A stretch of 64,000 nt of DNA from Rhodobiaceae bacterium. Lineage in GTDB: Bacteria; Pseudomonadota; Alphaproteobacteria; Rhizobiales; G965224185. The stretch spans positions 804,134-868,133 of the forward strand of contig OZ245042.1 of the NCBI GenBank assembly GCA_965224185.1. The letters are read 5' to 3'. Below the pieces are notes generated by a model that saw only the letters and a program-made list of their open reading frames with translations, was not told the DNA's origin and ran no database searches. A program made the position numbers and the translations under genes. Positions 45,326 to 57,763 of the stretch are shown piece after piece. Within the stretch, counting starts at the first letter, position 1. Each line of letters begins with the position of its first letter.

Positions 45326-46554
45326 ACCACTCCCTCCGCAGCCAGGGCTTCGATTTCGGCACCTGATAGGCCGAGTAGCGACCCGTAGACCTCATCATTA
45401 TGTTGACCGGGTTCGGCGGGGCCGAGCCAGGCGACATCGCCGGGGGTTGTGCTCAACTTCGGAGCAATGCCGGGGACTGCGATGGACCCGAAGAACCCGT
45501 CCTCCATGCGCTTTATCATGCCGCGGGCCTGGAATTGCGGGTCCTCTGCAATGTCGGCGATGGAGTAAATCGGGCCGACAACGACGCCATGGCTGTCCAA
45601 GGTCTCGTCGAGGTCGTTCGCCGTCAGTGTTTTCGTCCAGTCGGCGACCAGATTGTCCAGTTGCTCGGCGTTTTCGCCGCGCGCCTTGTGGGTGGCGTAG
45701 AGCGGGTTGTCGGCCAGGTCCGGGTCACCCATGGCGGCGCAGAGACGGCGGAACATGGTGTCCAGATTGGCGGCGATCACCACCCATTTGCCATCCTTGG
45801 TGGGAAAGATGTTCGACGGCGAGACATTGGCAAGCCCGGTGCCGCTCGGAGCCCGCACCACGCCGAGCTTGTCATATTCCGGCAGCGCGCTTTCCATCAT
45901 GGAAAAGCAGGATTCCGTGATGGAGGCGTCGACCACCTGGCCTTTGCCGCCATTGGCCTGGCGCCAATAAAGGGCCATCAGGATGCCCTGCACGGTGAAC
46001 AGGCCGGTCAGGGTATCACCCAGCGATACGCCGGTGCGCGGCGGCGGCTGGTCCGGATAGCCGTTGATATGACGCAGGCCTCCCATGGCCTCGCCGACGC
46101 TGGCAAAACCCGGACGGTCCGAATAAGGCCCGGTCTGGCCGAATCCCGACACGCGTGCCACGACGAGACCGGGATTTTCGGCATGGAGGTCATCCGGGCC
46201 GAGGCCCCATTTTTCCAGAGTCCCCGGCTTGAAGTTCTCGATCAATACATCGGCCCGCATGAGCAGCCGGCGAACCAGGTCCTGACCGCGGGGATCACGC
46301 AGATTGGCCGTGACCGATTTCTTGTTGCGGGCCAGAACCGGCCACCACAGGCCCTTGCCCTTGTAACGATGATGCCCCCATTCGCGCATGGGGTCGCCGG
46401 TGACCGGCGCTTCGACCTTGATCACCTCGGCGCCGAAATCGGCCATGCGCGCGGCTGTGAACGGTCCGGCCAGCAATTGGCCCATTTCAATCACGCGCAA
46501 GCCGGCGAGCGGCCCGTCAAGGCGCGGATCACGATCCTTTTCGGCAATCGGCAT
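45322..46554 (-). CDS. CoA-transferase family III (CaiB/BaiF-like)
   Basis: LAGLRVIEMGQLLAGPFTAARMADFGAEVIKVE N-terminal signature. 410 aa. The 4-nt overlap with the downstream lyase gene suggests an operon. Confidence 0.8.
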   Translation of the reverse strand: MPIAEKDRDPRLDGPLAGLRVIEMGQLLAGPFTAARMADFGAEVIKVEAPVTGDPMREWGHHRYKGKGLWWPVLARNKKSVTANLRDPRGQDLVRRLLMRADVLIENFKPGTLEKWGLGPDDLHAENPGLVVARVSGFGQTGPYSDRPGFASVGEAMGGLRHINGYPDQPPPRTGVSLGDTLTGLFTVQGILMALYWRQANGGKGQVVDASITESCFSMMESALPEYDKLGVVRAPSGTGLANVSPSNIFPTKDGKWVVIAANLDTMFRRLCAAMGDPDLADNPLYATHKARGENAEQLDNLVADWTKTLTANDLDETLDSHGVVVGPIYSIADIAEDPQFQARGMIKRMEDGFFGSIAVPGIAPKLSTTPGDVAWLGPAEPGQHNDEVYGSLLGLSGAEIEALAAEGVV

Positions 46555-46854
46555 CGGTCCTCCAATTTTTTCACTGATGCTCCAGGCAGTGTATAGAATA
46601 ATTCCTCCGGCGAGAACGGACCATGGCCGGTAATATGCGACGCGGGTCCGCGGCCGCGCCTGCCTGGGCGCGATTCAGCCGGTGGACAGTGCTGCTTCGC
46701 CGCCGAAATTCCGCATGCCGCCGCTGGAGCGGGTGATTGACACGGACGCATTTTTGGCACGGGATTACCAGGTGGACGATCCGGTCCCCGGCAAGGCTGC
46801 CGACCGGTTTCCTGTCCCGGATCGGATCCATGCAAGCGAAAACAGGTTCCAACG

Positions 46855-47931
46855 ATGAAACGACACCCCTATGTCGGTCTGCCGGACACCCAGTTCTGGA
46901 CAAACGATCCGGGGATCGAGACGCCCGGCCAATTCGATCCGGTCGGCGAAACGCCCTTCAAGATCGGGCGGGCCGATCCGGTGGTCACGGCCGGCAGTTG
47001 CTTCGCCCAGCATGTCGCCCGTTACCTCACCAAGCTCGGATTCAACCACCATATCACCGAGCCGGCGCATCCGATTTTCGATGACAAGACCGCGCAATTG
47101 TTCAATTACGGCGCTTTTTCCGCGCGCTATGGCAACCTCTATACCGCCCGCCAACTCAAGCAGTTGCTCCTGCGCGCTTACGGCCTGTTCGAGCCGATCG
47201 AACAGGCCTGGCCGCGGGGCGATGACGGCCGGGTGGTCGATCCGTTCAGGCCGCAGATCCAGCCCGACGGCTTCGTGTCTGACAAGGAATTGCAGGCCGA
47301 TCGACGCCATCATTTCGCGGCAATCCGCCGGGCGGTGGAAGACATGTCCGTCTTCGTCTTCACCCTGGGGCTCACCGAATGCTGGGCCGATACGCGCGAC
47401 GGCGCGGTGTTTCCGCTCGCCCCCGGTGTTGCCGGCGGCACCTATGATCCGGCGATAGTGGAGTTTTTGAATTTCGGCCTCGACGAAACGTTGGACGACC
47501 TCCTGTTTTCGCTGAATTTCATTCGCGAAAAAAATCCCGGCGTACGCTTCATTGTGACGGTTTCACCCGTGCCGCTGAATGCGACCATGGTGCCGCGCCA
47601 TGTCTTCGTGTCGACCACCTGGTCCAAGGCGGTGCTGCGGCTGGCGGCGGAGGAAGCGCAGAATGTATTCGCCGACTGCGCCTATTTCCCGTCCTATGAA
47701 ATCATCACGAGCCCGCATACGCGCGGGCTTTATTTCGGTCCGGACCGGCGGGCGGTAACCGAGACGGGCGTGGCGCATGTGATGCGGTTGTTCTTCAAGC
47801 ATTTCGGCGACGGGACGGCGGCGCATCCGACGGCGCCGCAAAAGCGGGACCAGGCGGCGCAGCAGCATATGAAACAAATGGAGGAGATCGTCGAAGTATT
47901 GTGCGACGAGGAGATGATCTCCAACAGGTAA
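46855..47931 (+). CDS. GSCFA-family protein
   Basis: Contains the eponymous motif VVTAGSCFAQH and a conserved TLGLTECW segment. Confidence 0.6.
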   Translation: MKRHPYVGLPDTQFWTNDPGIETPGQFDPVGETPFKIGRADPVVTAGSCFAQHVARYLTKLGFNHHITEPAHPIFDDKTAQLFNYGAFSARYGNLYTARQLKQLLLRAYGLFEPIEQAWPRGDDGRVVDPFRPQIQPDGFVSDKELQADRRHHFAAIRRAVEDMSVFVFTLGLTECWADTRDGAVFPLAPGVAGGTYDPAIVEFLNFGLDETLDDLLFSLNFIREKNPGVRFIVTVSPVPLNATMVPRHVFVSTTWSKAVLRLAAEEAQNVFADCAYFPSYEIITSPHTRGLYFGPDRRAVTETGVAHVMRLFFKHFGDGTAAHPTAPQKRDQAAQQHMKQMEEIVEVLCDEEMISNR

Positions 47932-48011
47932 CCTTCTTTGTTGTCGGCTCTTGCGGCCGCGCTTTGCCGCTTGCACTATGATGGGCGGCGAGTCGGCGGT
48001 TAGGGCGCTTC

Positions 48012-49751
48012 ATGAAGCCTTCGAAAAAATCCTATCAGGATCTGCGCAGCCATCGATGGTTCGGGGTTGACGACCTGCGTTCCTTCGGCCATCGGTCGCG
48101 GGCCATGCAAATGGGCTACGATGCCGAGGACTGGCAAGGCAAACCGATCATCGGGCTCATCAATACCTGGTCGGATCTCAATCCCTGCCATGCCCATTTC
48201 AAGGAGCGGGTGGAGCAGGTCAAGAACGGGATCCTGCAGGCCGGCGGCTTTCCGGTCGAATTGCCGGCTTTGTCGCTATCGGAGCCGATCGTCAAGCCGA
48301 CAACGATGCTTTACCGCAATCTGCTTGCAATCGAATGCGAGGAATTGCTGCGCAGCCATCCGATCGACGGGGCGGTGCTGATGGGCGGCTGCGACAAGAC
48401 CACGCCGGGTCTGCTGATGGGTGCCATCTCCATGGACCTGCCGGTGATCTTCTTTCCGGCCGGACCGATGCTGCGCGGCAATTGGAAGGGCAAGGTGCTC
48501 GGCAGTGGCTCCGACGTTTGGAAATATTGGGACGAACTGCGCGCCGGCACGATCAGCCGGGACGATTGGCGGGACATGGAACAGGGCATCGCCCGCAGCT
48601 ACGGCCATTGCATGACGATGGGCACGGCGAGCACCATGACGGCGGTCGCGGAGACATTGGGATTCTGCCTGCCCGGCGGATCCTCCATTCCGGCGGCCGA
48701 TGCCAATCATATCCGCCTGGCAAAGGCCAGCGGCCGGCGGATCGTCGACATGGTGTGGGAAGACCTGAAGCCGAGCGATTTTCTGAGCGCGGGCTCTTTC
48801 CGGAACGCGATTGCCGCTGCCATGGCGATGGGCTGTTCCACCAATGCCATTATCCACGTGGTGGCGCTGGCGCGACGGGCGGGCTTCGACATCGGACTGG
48901 AGGATTTCGACGCAATCGGCCGGGAAGTTCCGGTTATCGCCAATATCCGTCCCAATGGCGACACCTATCTGATGGAGGATTTCTATTATGCCGGCGGTCT
49001 GCCGGCCATGCTGCGGCGCATGGACGTCCATCTGGACCAAGCCTGCCTGACTGTAAACGGCCAGACGCTTGGCGCAAATATCGCCGGCGCCGATGTCTAT
49101 GACGACGATGTCATTCGCCCACTTGAAAACCCGATCTGCCAATCGGGCGCGCTTGTGGTTTTGCGCGGCAATATCGCCCCGGACGGATGCGTGATGAAGG
49201 TTTCGGCCCTCGACGAGCGGTTCTTGAAACATTCCGGACCGGCCATGGTGTTCGACGATTATCCGTCGATGAAGGCGGCGATCGAGGACGAAGACCTCGA
49301 CGCGACCGCCGATACGGTATTGATCCTGCGTAATGCCGGACCCCTGGGCGGCCCGGGCATGCCGGAATGGGGCATGCTGCCGATCCCGAAAAAGCTCGTG
49401 AAACAGGGCGTGCGCGACATGTTGCGCATTTCCGATGCGCGCATGAGCGGCACCAGCTACGGCGCCTGTGTGCTGCATGTGGCGCCGGAGGCCTATATTG
49501 GCGGTCCGCTGGCGGTGGTGGAAACCGGAGATGTGGTGACGATCGACGTGGAACGACGGCTTTTACAGGTCGCGGTCAGCGATGCGCAATTGCAGCAGCG
49601 GCTGGCCGACTGGTCGCCGCCGGCCAAACGCTACGAACGGGGTTACGGATATATGTTCTCCCGGCACATCAACCAGGCGCCACAGGGGTGTGATTTCGAT
49701 TTTCTGACAACGGCGTTCGGAAATCCGGTAAAAGAACCGGATATCTTCTGA
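48012..49751 (+). CDS. IlvD/EDD-family dehydratase (sugar-acid dehydratase-like)
   Basis: 579 aa. N-terminal pattern RSFGHRSRAMQMGY...PIIGLINTWSDLNPCHAHF, a CDKTTPG cluster-binding motif, and a C-terminal SGTS...GG region. Confidence 0.8.
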   Translation: MKPSKKSYQDLRSHRWFGVDDLRSFGHRSRAMQMGYDAEDWQGKPIIGLINTWSDLNPCHAHFKERVEQVKNGILQAGGFPVELPALSLSEPIVKPTTMLYRNLLAIECEELLRSHPIDGAVLMGGCDKTTPGLLMGAISMDLPVIFFPAGPMLRGNWKGKVLGSGSDVWKYWDELRAGTISRDDWRDMEQGIARSYGHCMTMGTASTMTAVAETLGFCLPGGSSIPAADANHIRLAKASGRRIVDMVWEDLKPSDFLSAGSFRNAIAAAMAMGCSTNAIIHVVALARRAGFDIGLEDFDAIGREVPVIANIRPNGDTYLMEDFYYAGGLPAMLRRMDVHLDQACLTVNGQTLGANIAGADVYDDDVIRPLENPICQSGALVVLRGNIAPDGCVMKVSALDERFLKHSGPAMVFDDYPSMKAAIEDEDLDATADTVLILRNAGPLGGPGMPEWGMLPIPKKLVKQGVRDMLRISDARMSGTSYGACVLHVAPEAYIGGPLAVVETGDVVTIDVERRLLQVAVSDAQLQQRLADWSPPAKRYERGYGYMFSRHINQAPQGCDFDFLTTAFGNPVKEPDIF

Positions 49752-49976
49752 TCCCGGTCAATCGCCAATAATGGCTTTTGAAAAACGGACATTATTCTGT
49801 AAAATATTTTACCAAAGGGGCACACGAAAAATTGATTAAACATCCATTCCGAATAACACAAGTGTGTAGAACAATGCGTCCGTTCGATTGTTGATCGATT
49901 GGTCAATACCTGAACCGTGTCGATGGATACACTGGTTAAAAGTTGTCTTTTACCTACTCAATTCTAAATCTGTATT

Positions 49977-52451
49977 ATGCTAGCAGATCTACAAGTTGAA
50001 GAAAGACGTATCAGGGAGTTGAAGCGGCTATCGATTTTGGATACAGCCGCCGACCCCCGTTTCGATCGTCTGACCAAGACGGCCGCTAAGGTCCTGGACG
50101 TTCCGGTTGCCATGATTTCCATGGTCGATCGCGACCGGATCTGGATCAAGTCCGCCTTCGGCGTCAGCGCGGTTGACGAAGTGCCGCGCAAGCATGGATT
50201 TTGCGCAACGACCGTGGAACAGGGCACGACTCTGGTGGTCGAAAACGCCGCGCAGGACCCGCGTTTCAACACCAATCCCCTTGTCCGGCAGAAAAATGGC
50301 TTCCGGTTCTATGCCGGTGCGCCGGTCACAACCGAAAGCGGATGTGCGGTCGGAACGTTATGTGTGTTCGACTACGCGCCGCGGCAGGCAGACGACCATT
50401 TCGTCGATCTGCTGCAATCGCTTGCCGAACTGGTGCCGGACATTTTGGATCGTCACCGCCTGGACACGGAGCTCGGTCGACGCCAAACGGAGATCAACGC
50501 TGCCGAACAGGAGACGCAGTCCTTCAAAAAGCAACTTATGGCGGCTTCCACGCCGCGGGAATCAGTCCTCGAACTGACTATGGACAGCGTCATGAAGCTT
50601 GACCCTGTCCGCAATAGCGACGGTGAGATCCGCGATTTCATCATCGCCGAGATCAACCAGTCGGCGTTGCGGTTTACGAAGAAACGGCGCGAGGAGGTTA
50701 TTGGTACAAGCCTGACTAAAACATTTCCCAGCACCGCCAAAACCGATGTTGTCGATATATATGGCAGGGTGGTCGCAACGGGTGTTCCGGCCCGGTTCGA
50801 CTTGGAATATGTGGCTTCGACCGGCACCTCCCACTGGTTTCGTGTCACGGCCATCAAATCTGGCGACGCGGTCACGATCACCTATTCGGACATTACAGAG
50901 TTTTGCCGGCAGCAGGAGGAACTGGCGCGGGTCAACGATGCGTTGTCGGCCGAGCGCGGGCATTTCCGGATGCTGTTCCGGCGTTCGCCGGCGGCAATTT
51001 TTTCCATAACCCGGTCACGGGAGCTGATCGATGCCAGCGACCGGTTTTTCGATCGTCTTGGCTATAGCCGCGAGGAAATGATAGGCCGCGACATGGGCGA
51101 GTTTCTGACACCGTCCTCCCTGCGCCAGACGGAGAATGATATTCTGCCGCGCTTTTGGCATGCGGGATATATTGTCGACGAGCCCTATGAATTCATTACC
51201 ACGGCCGGCAAAAGGATTGAGATCGAACTGTCGGCGGTACTTGAGGAGCCTTCCGACCCGGAATTGGAGCCGTCCATTCACGTGGCCTGTGTCGATGTGA
51301 CGGCGCGCAATCGGGCGCAATTCGAAATCTCCAAGCGCGAACAGGACTATCGGCTGCTGGTGAGCCGTATTCCCGACATGCTGACCCGCGCCCTGCCGGA
51401 CTGCACCTTGTTCTTCGTCAACGATCACTTTGCACGATTCCATGACAGGCGGCCTGAGGAGCTTCACGGGGTCTCGTTTCTCGATCTGGTTCCCGAGGAG
51501 GAGCGGGACGCGATCGTCGAGCGGATTGCCGGGTGCACGCCGGAAAATCCGACCGTGATCTCCGAACAGAAAAATATCGATCGGGCGGGCAATCTGTATT
51601 GGTTCCAATGGTCGAACACGGTCTTGTTCACCAAGGCCGGCGATCCGTACGAAGTGCTCTCAATCGGCCGCGACCTGACCGACCTCTACGAGGCCAATCA
51701 GGAGATCAAAATACAGGCCCAGGCGGTGGAGGACATGAATGGCGACCTGGAACGCGCCAACGAGAATTTGCGGCAATTCGCCTATGTCGCCTCCCATGAT
51801 CTGCAGGAGCCTTTGCGCAAGATCCGATCCTTCGGTGAATTGCTCAAAGAGGCCCTGGAAGAAGGCGACCGGGACGATATCGACCTGGCCTTGAACGTTA
51901 TGACCAGCGCGTCGGAGCGGGCGAGCCGTCTGGTTAAGGACCTGTTGATTTACTCGCGCACCTCGAACCGCGAATTCGACCGCGGAAAGGTGGATTTACG
52001 GCAATCGATCGATATGGTCTTGTCCACCTTGATGATGGCGATCAAGGAAAATGATGCGACGTTCGCCATCGAAATGGATCCGACCATCGTCAGGGGCGAT
52101 CGTACGGCGATCGAGCAATTGCTGTTGAACCTGATCTCCAATGCCATCAAATACCGCCATCCGGACCGGGCGCCGATTATTGAAATCCGCTGTCGACGCG
52201 ATGCTTCGGGCAATGGCTTATTGGACATTGCCGACAACGGCATCGGGTTCGACCCGAGTTTCAGCGAGACCGTGTTCGAGCCCTTCAAACGCCTGCATAC
52301 ACGCACCGAGTATCCGGGGACCGGCATCGGCCTGGCGATTTGCGCGCGGGTGGCGGACCGCCTCGGCTGGCGGCTGTCGGCCGACAGCATCGAGGGCACG
52401 GGATCGACCTTCACCGTCGAAATTCCGGCCGCGGACCTTTTCGAATCCTGA
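49977..52451 (+). CDS. Sensor histidine kinase with GAF and PAS domains
   Basis: N-terminal GAF (RLSILDTAADPRFDRLTKTAAKVLDVPVAMISMVD), PAS-like segments, an H-box ASHDLQEPLRKI, and a C-terminal HATPase (DNGIGF...GTGIGLAIC). Confidence 0.85.
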   Translation: MLADLQVEERRIRELKRLSILDTAADPRFDRLTKTAAKVLDVPVAMISMVDRDRIWIKSAFGVSAVDEVPRKHGFCATTVEQGTTLVVENAAQDPRFNTNPLVRQKNGFRFYAGAPVTTESGCAVGTLCVFDYAPRQADDHFVDLLQSLAELVPDILDRHRLDTELGRRQTEINAAEQETQSFKKQLMAASTPRESVLELTMDSVMKLDPVRNSDGEIRDFIIAEINQSALRFTKKRREEVIGTSLTKTFPSTAKTDVVDIYGRVVATGVPARFDLEYVASTGTSHWFRVTAIKSGDAVTITYSDITEFCRQQEELARVNDALSAERGHFRMLFRRSPAAIFSITRSRELIDASDRFFDRLGYSREEMIGRDMGEFLTPSSLRQTENDILPRFWHAGYIVDEPYEFITTAGKRIEIELSAVLEEPSDPELEPSIHVACVDVTARNRAQFEISKREQDYRLLVSRIPDMLTRALPDCTLFFVNDHFARFHDRRPEELHGVSFLDLVPEEERDAIVERIAGCTPENPTVISEQKNIDRAGNLYWFQWSNTVLFTKAGDPYEVLSIGRDLTDLYEANQEIKIQAQAVEDMNGDLERANENLRQFAYVASHDLQEPLRKIRSFGELLKEALEEGDRDDIDLALNVMTSASERASRLVKDLLIYSRTSNREFDRGKVDLRQSIDMVLSTLMMAIKENDATFAIEMDPTIVRGDRTAIEQLLLNLISNAIKYRHPDRAPIIEIRCRRDASGNGLLDIADNGIGFDPSFSETVFEPFKRLHTRTEYPGTGIGLAICARVADRLGWRLSADSIEGTGSTFTVEIPAADLFES

Positions 52452-52589
52452 CGCTTTGTTTGGTTGAACCAGATTATGTGCGGGTTCCGCCAACCGATCA
52501 ATCGTGTTTGCAATCCCCCATTGAGGGCGCAGCCGGTCAGCGCTACATTTTCAGCAACATAGCACGCATCATTTCCCGGGAGGACATAA

Positions 52590-54218
<1,629 letters not shown>

Positions 54219-54261
54219 AGCGGATTGAGGATTATGATTGCGACCTTCGGCGTCGCCGTGA

Positions 54262-55065
54262 ATGGGTGCGGATCCTGATTTCGTGGCGTTCCCCGACCCC
54301 TATTCGGAACAGGATTTGCGGCGTGCGGTTTGGAGCCTGCGGCTGTCGACCGTGGCCGTTCCCGTTCTGACCCTGGCCGGGCTCGGCCACCGGTACGGGT
54401 ATTTCGACACCAATGCCCTGTTCGGATTGCTGATCGTGGGCTTTGGGCTGGCCTTCGCGTCGTTGATATTGTCGATTTCGGCGCTGGTAGCGATCTGGAA
54501 TGAGGGCTATCGCGGATTTTCGGCCGCTTTGCGTGGTGGCCTACTGGCGCTCATCGCATTGGCGCCCGCATGCGCCGGGGCGATCGGCGTCTTCCTTTAT
54601 CCAAGAATTACCGACATAACCACCGACGCGATCGATCCGCCGGCAATCAGCGGCGCTGCCAACTATGACGCGACGACGGTCGACCTGCAGCAGGTGGCCT
54701 ATCCGGATATTGTGCCGCGCCGGTTTACCGCCGATACCGTGGAACTCGCCGACGCGGTGCTGAAAACCATGCCACGGGTCGGTTGGACGATCGGGCGGGC
54801 TGAACACCCGTCAGCGGAGGACGAGCCGGCGACCATGACCGCCATCCGACGGTCCTTGTTGTTTGCCTTTGTCGACGACGTGACCGTGCGGATAACCGCC
54901 GATCCCTTGGGGTCGCGGTTGGACATCCGATCGAGATCACGGGTCGGCAAGCATGATTTGGGCGAGAATGCCCGGCAGGTCCGCGCATTCCTGACGGAGC
55001 TTGACGCGGTGCTCATCGAATCACTTGGGGAATCCGAACCGGCTTCCAACGGGCAGTCGGAATAG
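54262..55065 (+). CDS. Membrane-anchored hypothetical protein (DUF1499-like)
   Basis: Two N-terminal TM helices, then a soluble domain. The family assignment is from memory of its pattern, not verified. Confidence 0.4.
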   Translation: MGADPDFVAFPDPYSEQDLRRAVWSLRLSTVAVPVLTLAGLGHRYGYFDTNALFGLLIVGFGLAFASLILSISALVAIWNEGYRGFSAALRGGLLALIALAPACAGAIGVFLYPRITDITTDAIDPPAISGAANYDATTVDLQQVAYPDIVPRRFTADTVELADAVLKTMPRVGWTIGRAEHPSAEDEPATMTAIRRSLLFAFVDDVTVRITADPLGSRLDIRSRSRVGKHDLGENARQVRAFLTELDAVLIESLGESEPASNGQSE

Positions 55066-55080
55066 GTAGCGGGCCGACCG

Positions 55081-55989
55081 TCAGGCCAGTTTGTAGGTGC
55101 CCGAAATCGACGGCGCGCCATGGGTCAGCACTTCGCCGCGAGCCACCAGGTCCTCAAGATGCGCAAGCATGGACAGGCCGGCCGCCGGGTGCAGGGTTTC
55201 GGGGATTTCGGCGTAGATCACCTTGACCATCTCGACGATGCCCTGTTCGCCGGCGGCGAGACGGTCGCGGATCGCCTGTTCGCGGCCGAGGCGATGGGCT
55301 TTGAGTTCCTCAAGATAGTGCGATACCCGGTCGACGGGCCCGCCATGGGCCGGGATCAACCGCCCGTCCGATCGGGTCATCAGCCGCTCAAGGGAGGCCA
55401 TATAATCGGACATGGAGCCGTCCGGCGGGGCGACGATGGAGGTCGACCAACCCATGACGTGATCGCCGCTGAAGAGGACTTCCTCATCTTCGAAAGCAAA
55501 GCACATATGGTTTGCGGTGTGGCCCGGGGTGGCCACGGCTTCCAGCGACCAACCGGCACCGTCGATCCGGTCGCCGTCGGCGAGAACGACATCGGGCGCA
55601 AAATCGGAATCACTGGAGGCGTCGAAGGGATTGATTTCGCCGATGAAGAGATCCCGCGCCGGACGATGCGCGCCTTCGCCATAGGTGGTCGCGCCGGTCA
55701 TGTCCTTGATGGCCGCGGCCGCAGGCGAATGGTCGCGATGGGTGTGGGTGACCAGGATATGGGTCACCTGGGCGTCGCCGACCGCGCGCATGACGGCATC
55801 CACGTGCTCGGCATCATCGGGCCCCGGATCGATGATCGCCACCGCGTCGGTACCGATGATGAAGGTATTTGTGCCATGAAATGTGAACGGGCCGGTATTG
55901 CGCGCTGTCACACGGCGCACCTGATCGGACACACGGACCGGCTCGCCGTGGTTGGCATCGAATTCGAGATTGAAAGACGGTCCGCTCAT
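55081..55989 (-). CDS. MBL-fold metallo-hydrolase
   Basis: ILVTHTHRDHSPAA metal-binding HxHxDH motif. 302 aa. Confidence 0.8.
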   Translation of the reverse strand: MSGPSFNLEFDANHGEPVRVSDQVRRVTARNTGPFTFHGTNTFIIGTDAVAIIDPGPDDAEHVDAVMRAVGDAQVTHILVTHTHRDHSPAAAAIKDMTGATTYGEGAHRPARDLFIGEINPFDASSDSDFAPDVVLADGDRIDGAGWSLEAVATPGHTANHMCFAFEDEEVLFSGDHVMGWSTSIVAPPDGSMSDYMASLERLMTRSDGRLIPAHGGPVDRVSHYLEELKAHRLGREQAIRDRLAAGEQGIVEMVKVIYAEIPETLHPAAGLSMLAHLEDLVARGEVLTHGAPSISGTYKLA

Positions 55990-56040
55990 TGCTGGGATTT
56001 GTCCTATGACTGTGATCGATGAGCGTGTATCACATCACTC

Positions 56041-56177
56041 TGCGTCATCCCGTGCGCATTGCAGCATGGAATGCTGCTATGCAGATACGGGATCTCTTAA
56101 AGACCTTAGGCCGCATTCGACAGATCCCCTGTCTGCGGCGCATCACTGCGTGCTGCGCAGCGCACGGGATGACGCGG
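56041..56177. repeat. REP family 2 element
   Basis: tgcgtcatcccgtgcgc...tgcagatacgggatctc...gatcccctgtctgc...gcgcacgggatgacgcgg. Confidence 0.75.
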
Positions 56178-56310
56178 AGTATTTCCAATGAGGTGTTTTG
56201 ATCCGCGATAGTACCTTGCTCTTTAGATGTCGGCCCAAAGATATGGTATCTGCCCCGCAGTGACAACGCGGTGGGGTTGAGCCGCCGTGGCTGATTCAGA
56301 ATCTTCGAAT

Positions 56311-57029
56311 TTAATCAATCACCGTGTCGGCGACGGCGTTGATCTGGTCGAGAACCAGCCGGCCATAGGCGCGGTTGCCATGGGTGGCGTTGCCGATGAA
56401 TCCCCGCGCCAGCAAACCCCGGCGATCAAGTGCGGCTTCGGGGGGCTCCAGGAGCGCGATATCGAGCTTACCGCAGATATCCGCATAGATGTCGCATTGC
56501 AGGCGGTAAATATCCATTCGCAAGCGATCCGGCGCCAAACCAAGATGAATTTTGCTTTGAAACACGCCCGGCTGCTTGGTGATCCGCTGCCGGTTCGCGG
56601 TCGGCGGAGGCGCCAGAATATGATATTTGGCGGTCCCGCGGAAATGGGAGGCAAGCTGGTTCAATGTAAAGGTCGTTCGCTCGTGAGCGGTCTCCAGGTG
56701 AAGGCGCATCATGTCGCGGGGAATGAAGCGGCGTTTGCCGCCATCTGGAACCAGGCCGTTATCCGCACTACCGACGGCAAATGTGACCGGATTTTCTATC
56801 AAACCGACGATGTTGTGGGCATTGCCGTCGATCGACAACACCACCAGCTTCGGCCGGCTCAGGGCAAGGTACCGAAACAACACCGCTTTCGGCCGGCCGA
56901 GCCGGTAGATACGCGACCGATTGAGATTGACGAAGTGATAGCGCCGCTTTTCCTCATCGGTCATGGCCTGGCGCAGGCATTCGATATGGCTCATGCCGAT
57001 TACCAGAATATCCTTGCCGAAGCCCGCCA
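56311..57029 (-). CDS. Hypothetical protein, last gene of the HAD-HAD operon
   Basis: Protein-like composition on the minus strand; the opposite-strand ORF is R-rich. 17-nt spacing to the upstream HAD gene. Start uncertain. Confidence 0.4.
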
Positions 57030-57046
57030 TCACCAACCGCGCCCGA

Positions 57047-57763
57047 TCAGTCAGCCTGAGTGCCGAGCAACGATGGCAACTCGTCCAGTCTGGAAATGAT
57101 CGCATCGGCATGGGGCGCAAGGTCGTCCGGTCCCATGGCGCCGGTGGTTACTCCAATGGCAAGTGCTCCGGCGGCCTTGGCGGCGATCAGGTCGTGGGAC
57201 GAATCGCCGACCATGACAACCGATCCGGCATCAATGCCCAAAAAGTCCGCGAAAGCCGAAACCTGTCCCGGCTCCGGTTTCGATCCATGGCCGGAATCGT
57301 AGCCGGCGACGAAAGCAAAGAACGGGTCGAAGCCGCTGACTTGCAGGTGGTCTCTTGCGCCTGATTCTGAATCGTTCGTGGCCAGGCCCAGCGGGTAACC
57401 GGCATTCGAAAGATGATCTAAGACCGACCGCGTAGATTTGAACGGGGCCAAGTGGCGCCGGGAATGATCCTGGAACAGCCGGTCGATACGGGCGGCGAAT
57501 GACCGGTCGAACTCGATGCCGATCATTTGCGCAAGGGCGCGGCCGAAATGGTCTGTCGAATCGGATATAACCACCGAATGCGGCGCGATGGTTTTTGTTT
57601 CCAGGTCAAAACCGGAATAGGCGGACATTTGCCGCAGGAGATCCCGGTCGCCGGCGGCAAGGTCAGTCAGCACCACACAAAGCGCCGGGCCGAAAGTGGC
57701 GAAAAAATCGAACAGGGTCCCGTCCTTGTCGAACAGCACCGCCCTGGCCCGTTCGGCAATCAT
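57047..57763 (-). CDS. HAD-superfamily hydrolase (phosphatase-like)
   Basis: Motif I VLFDKDGTLFDF. 238 aa. Confidence 0.75.
   Translation of the reverse strand: MIAERARAVLFDKDGTLFDFFATFGPALCVVLTDLAAGDRDLLRQMSAYSGFDLETKTIAPHSVVISDSTDHFGRALAQMIGIEFDRSFAARIDRLFQDHSRRHLAPFKSTRSVLDHLSNAGYPLGLATNDSESGARDHLQVSGFDPFFAFVAGYDSGHGSKPEPGQVSAFADFLGIDAGSVVMVGDSSHDLIAAKAAGALAIGVTTGAMGPDDLAPHADAIISRLDELPSLLGTQAD

Noticed and set aside
45400-46596. 398-aa plus-strand ORF antisense to the CoA-transferase gene
   Set aside because: Shadow ORF. The minus-strand frame carries the family III CoA-transferase signature.
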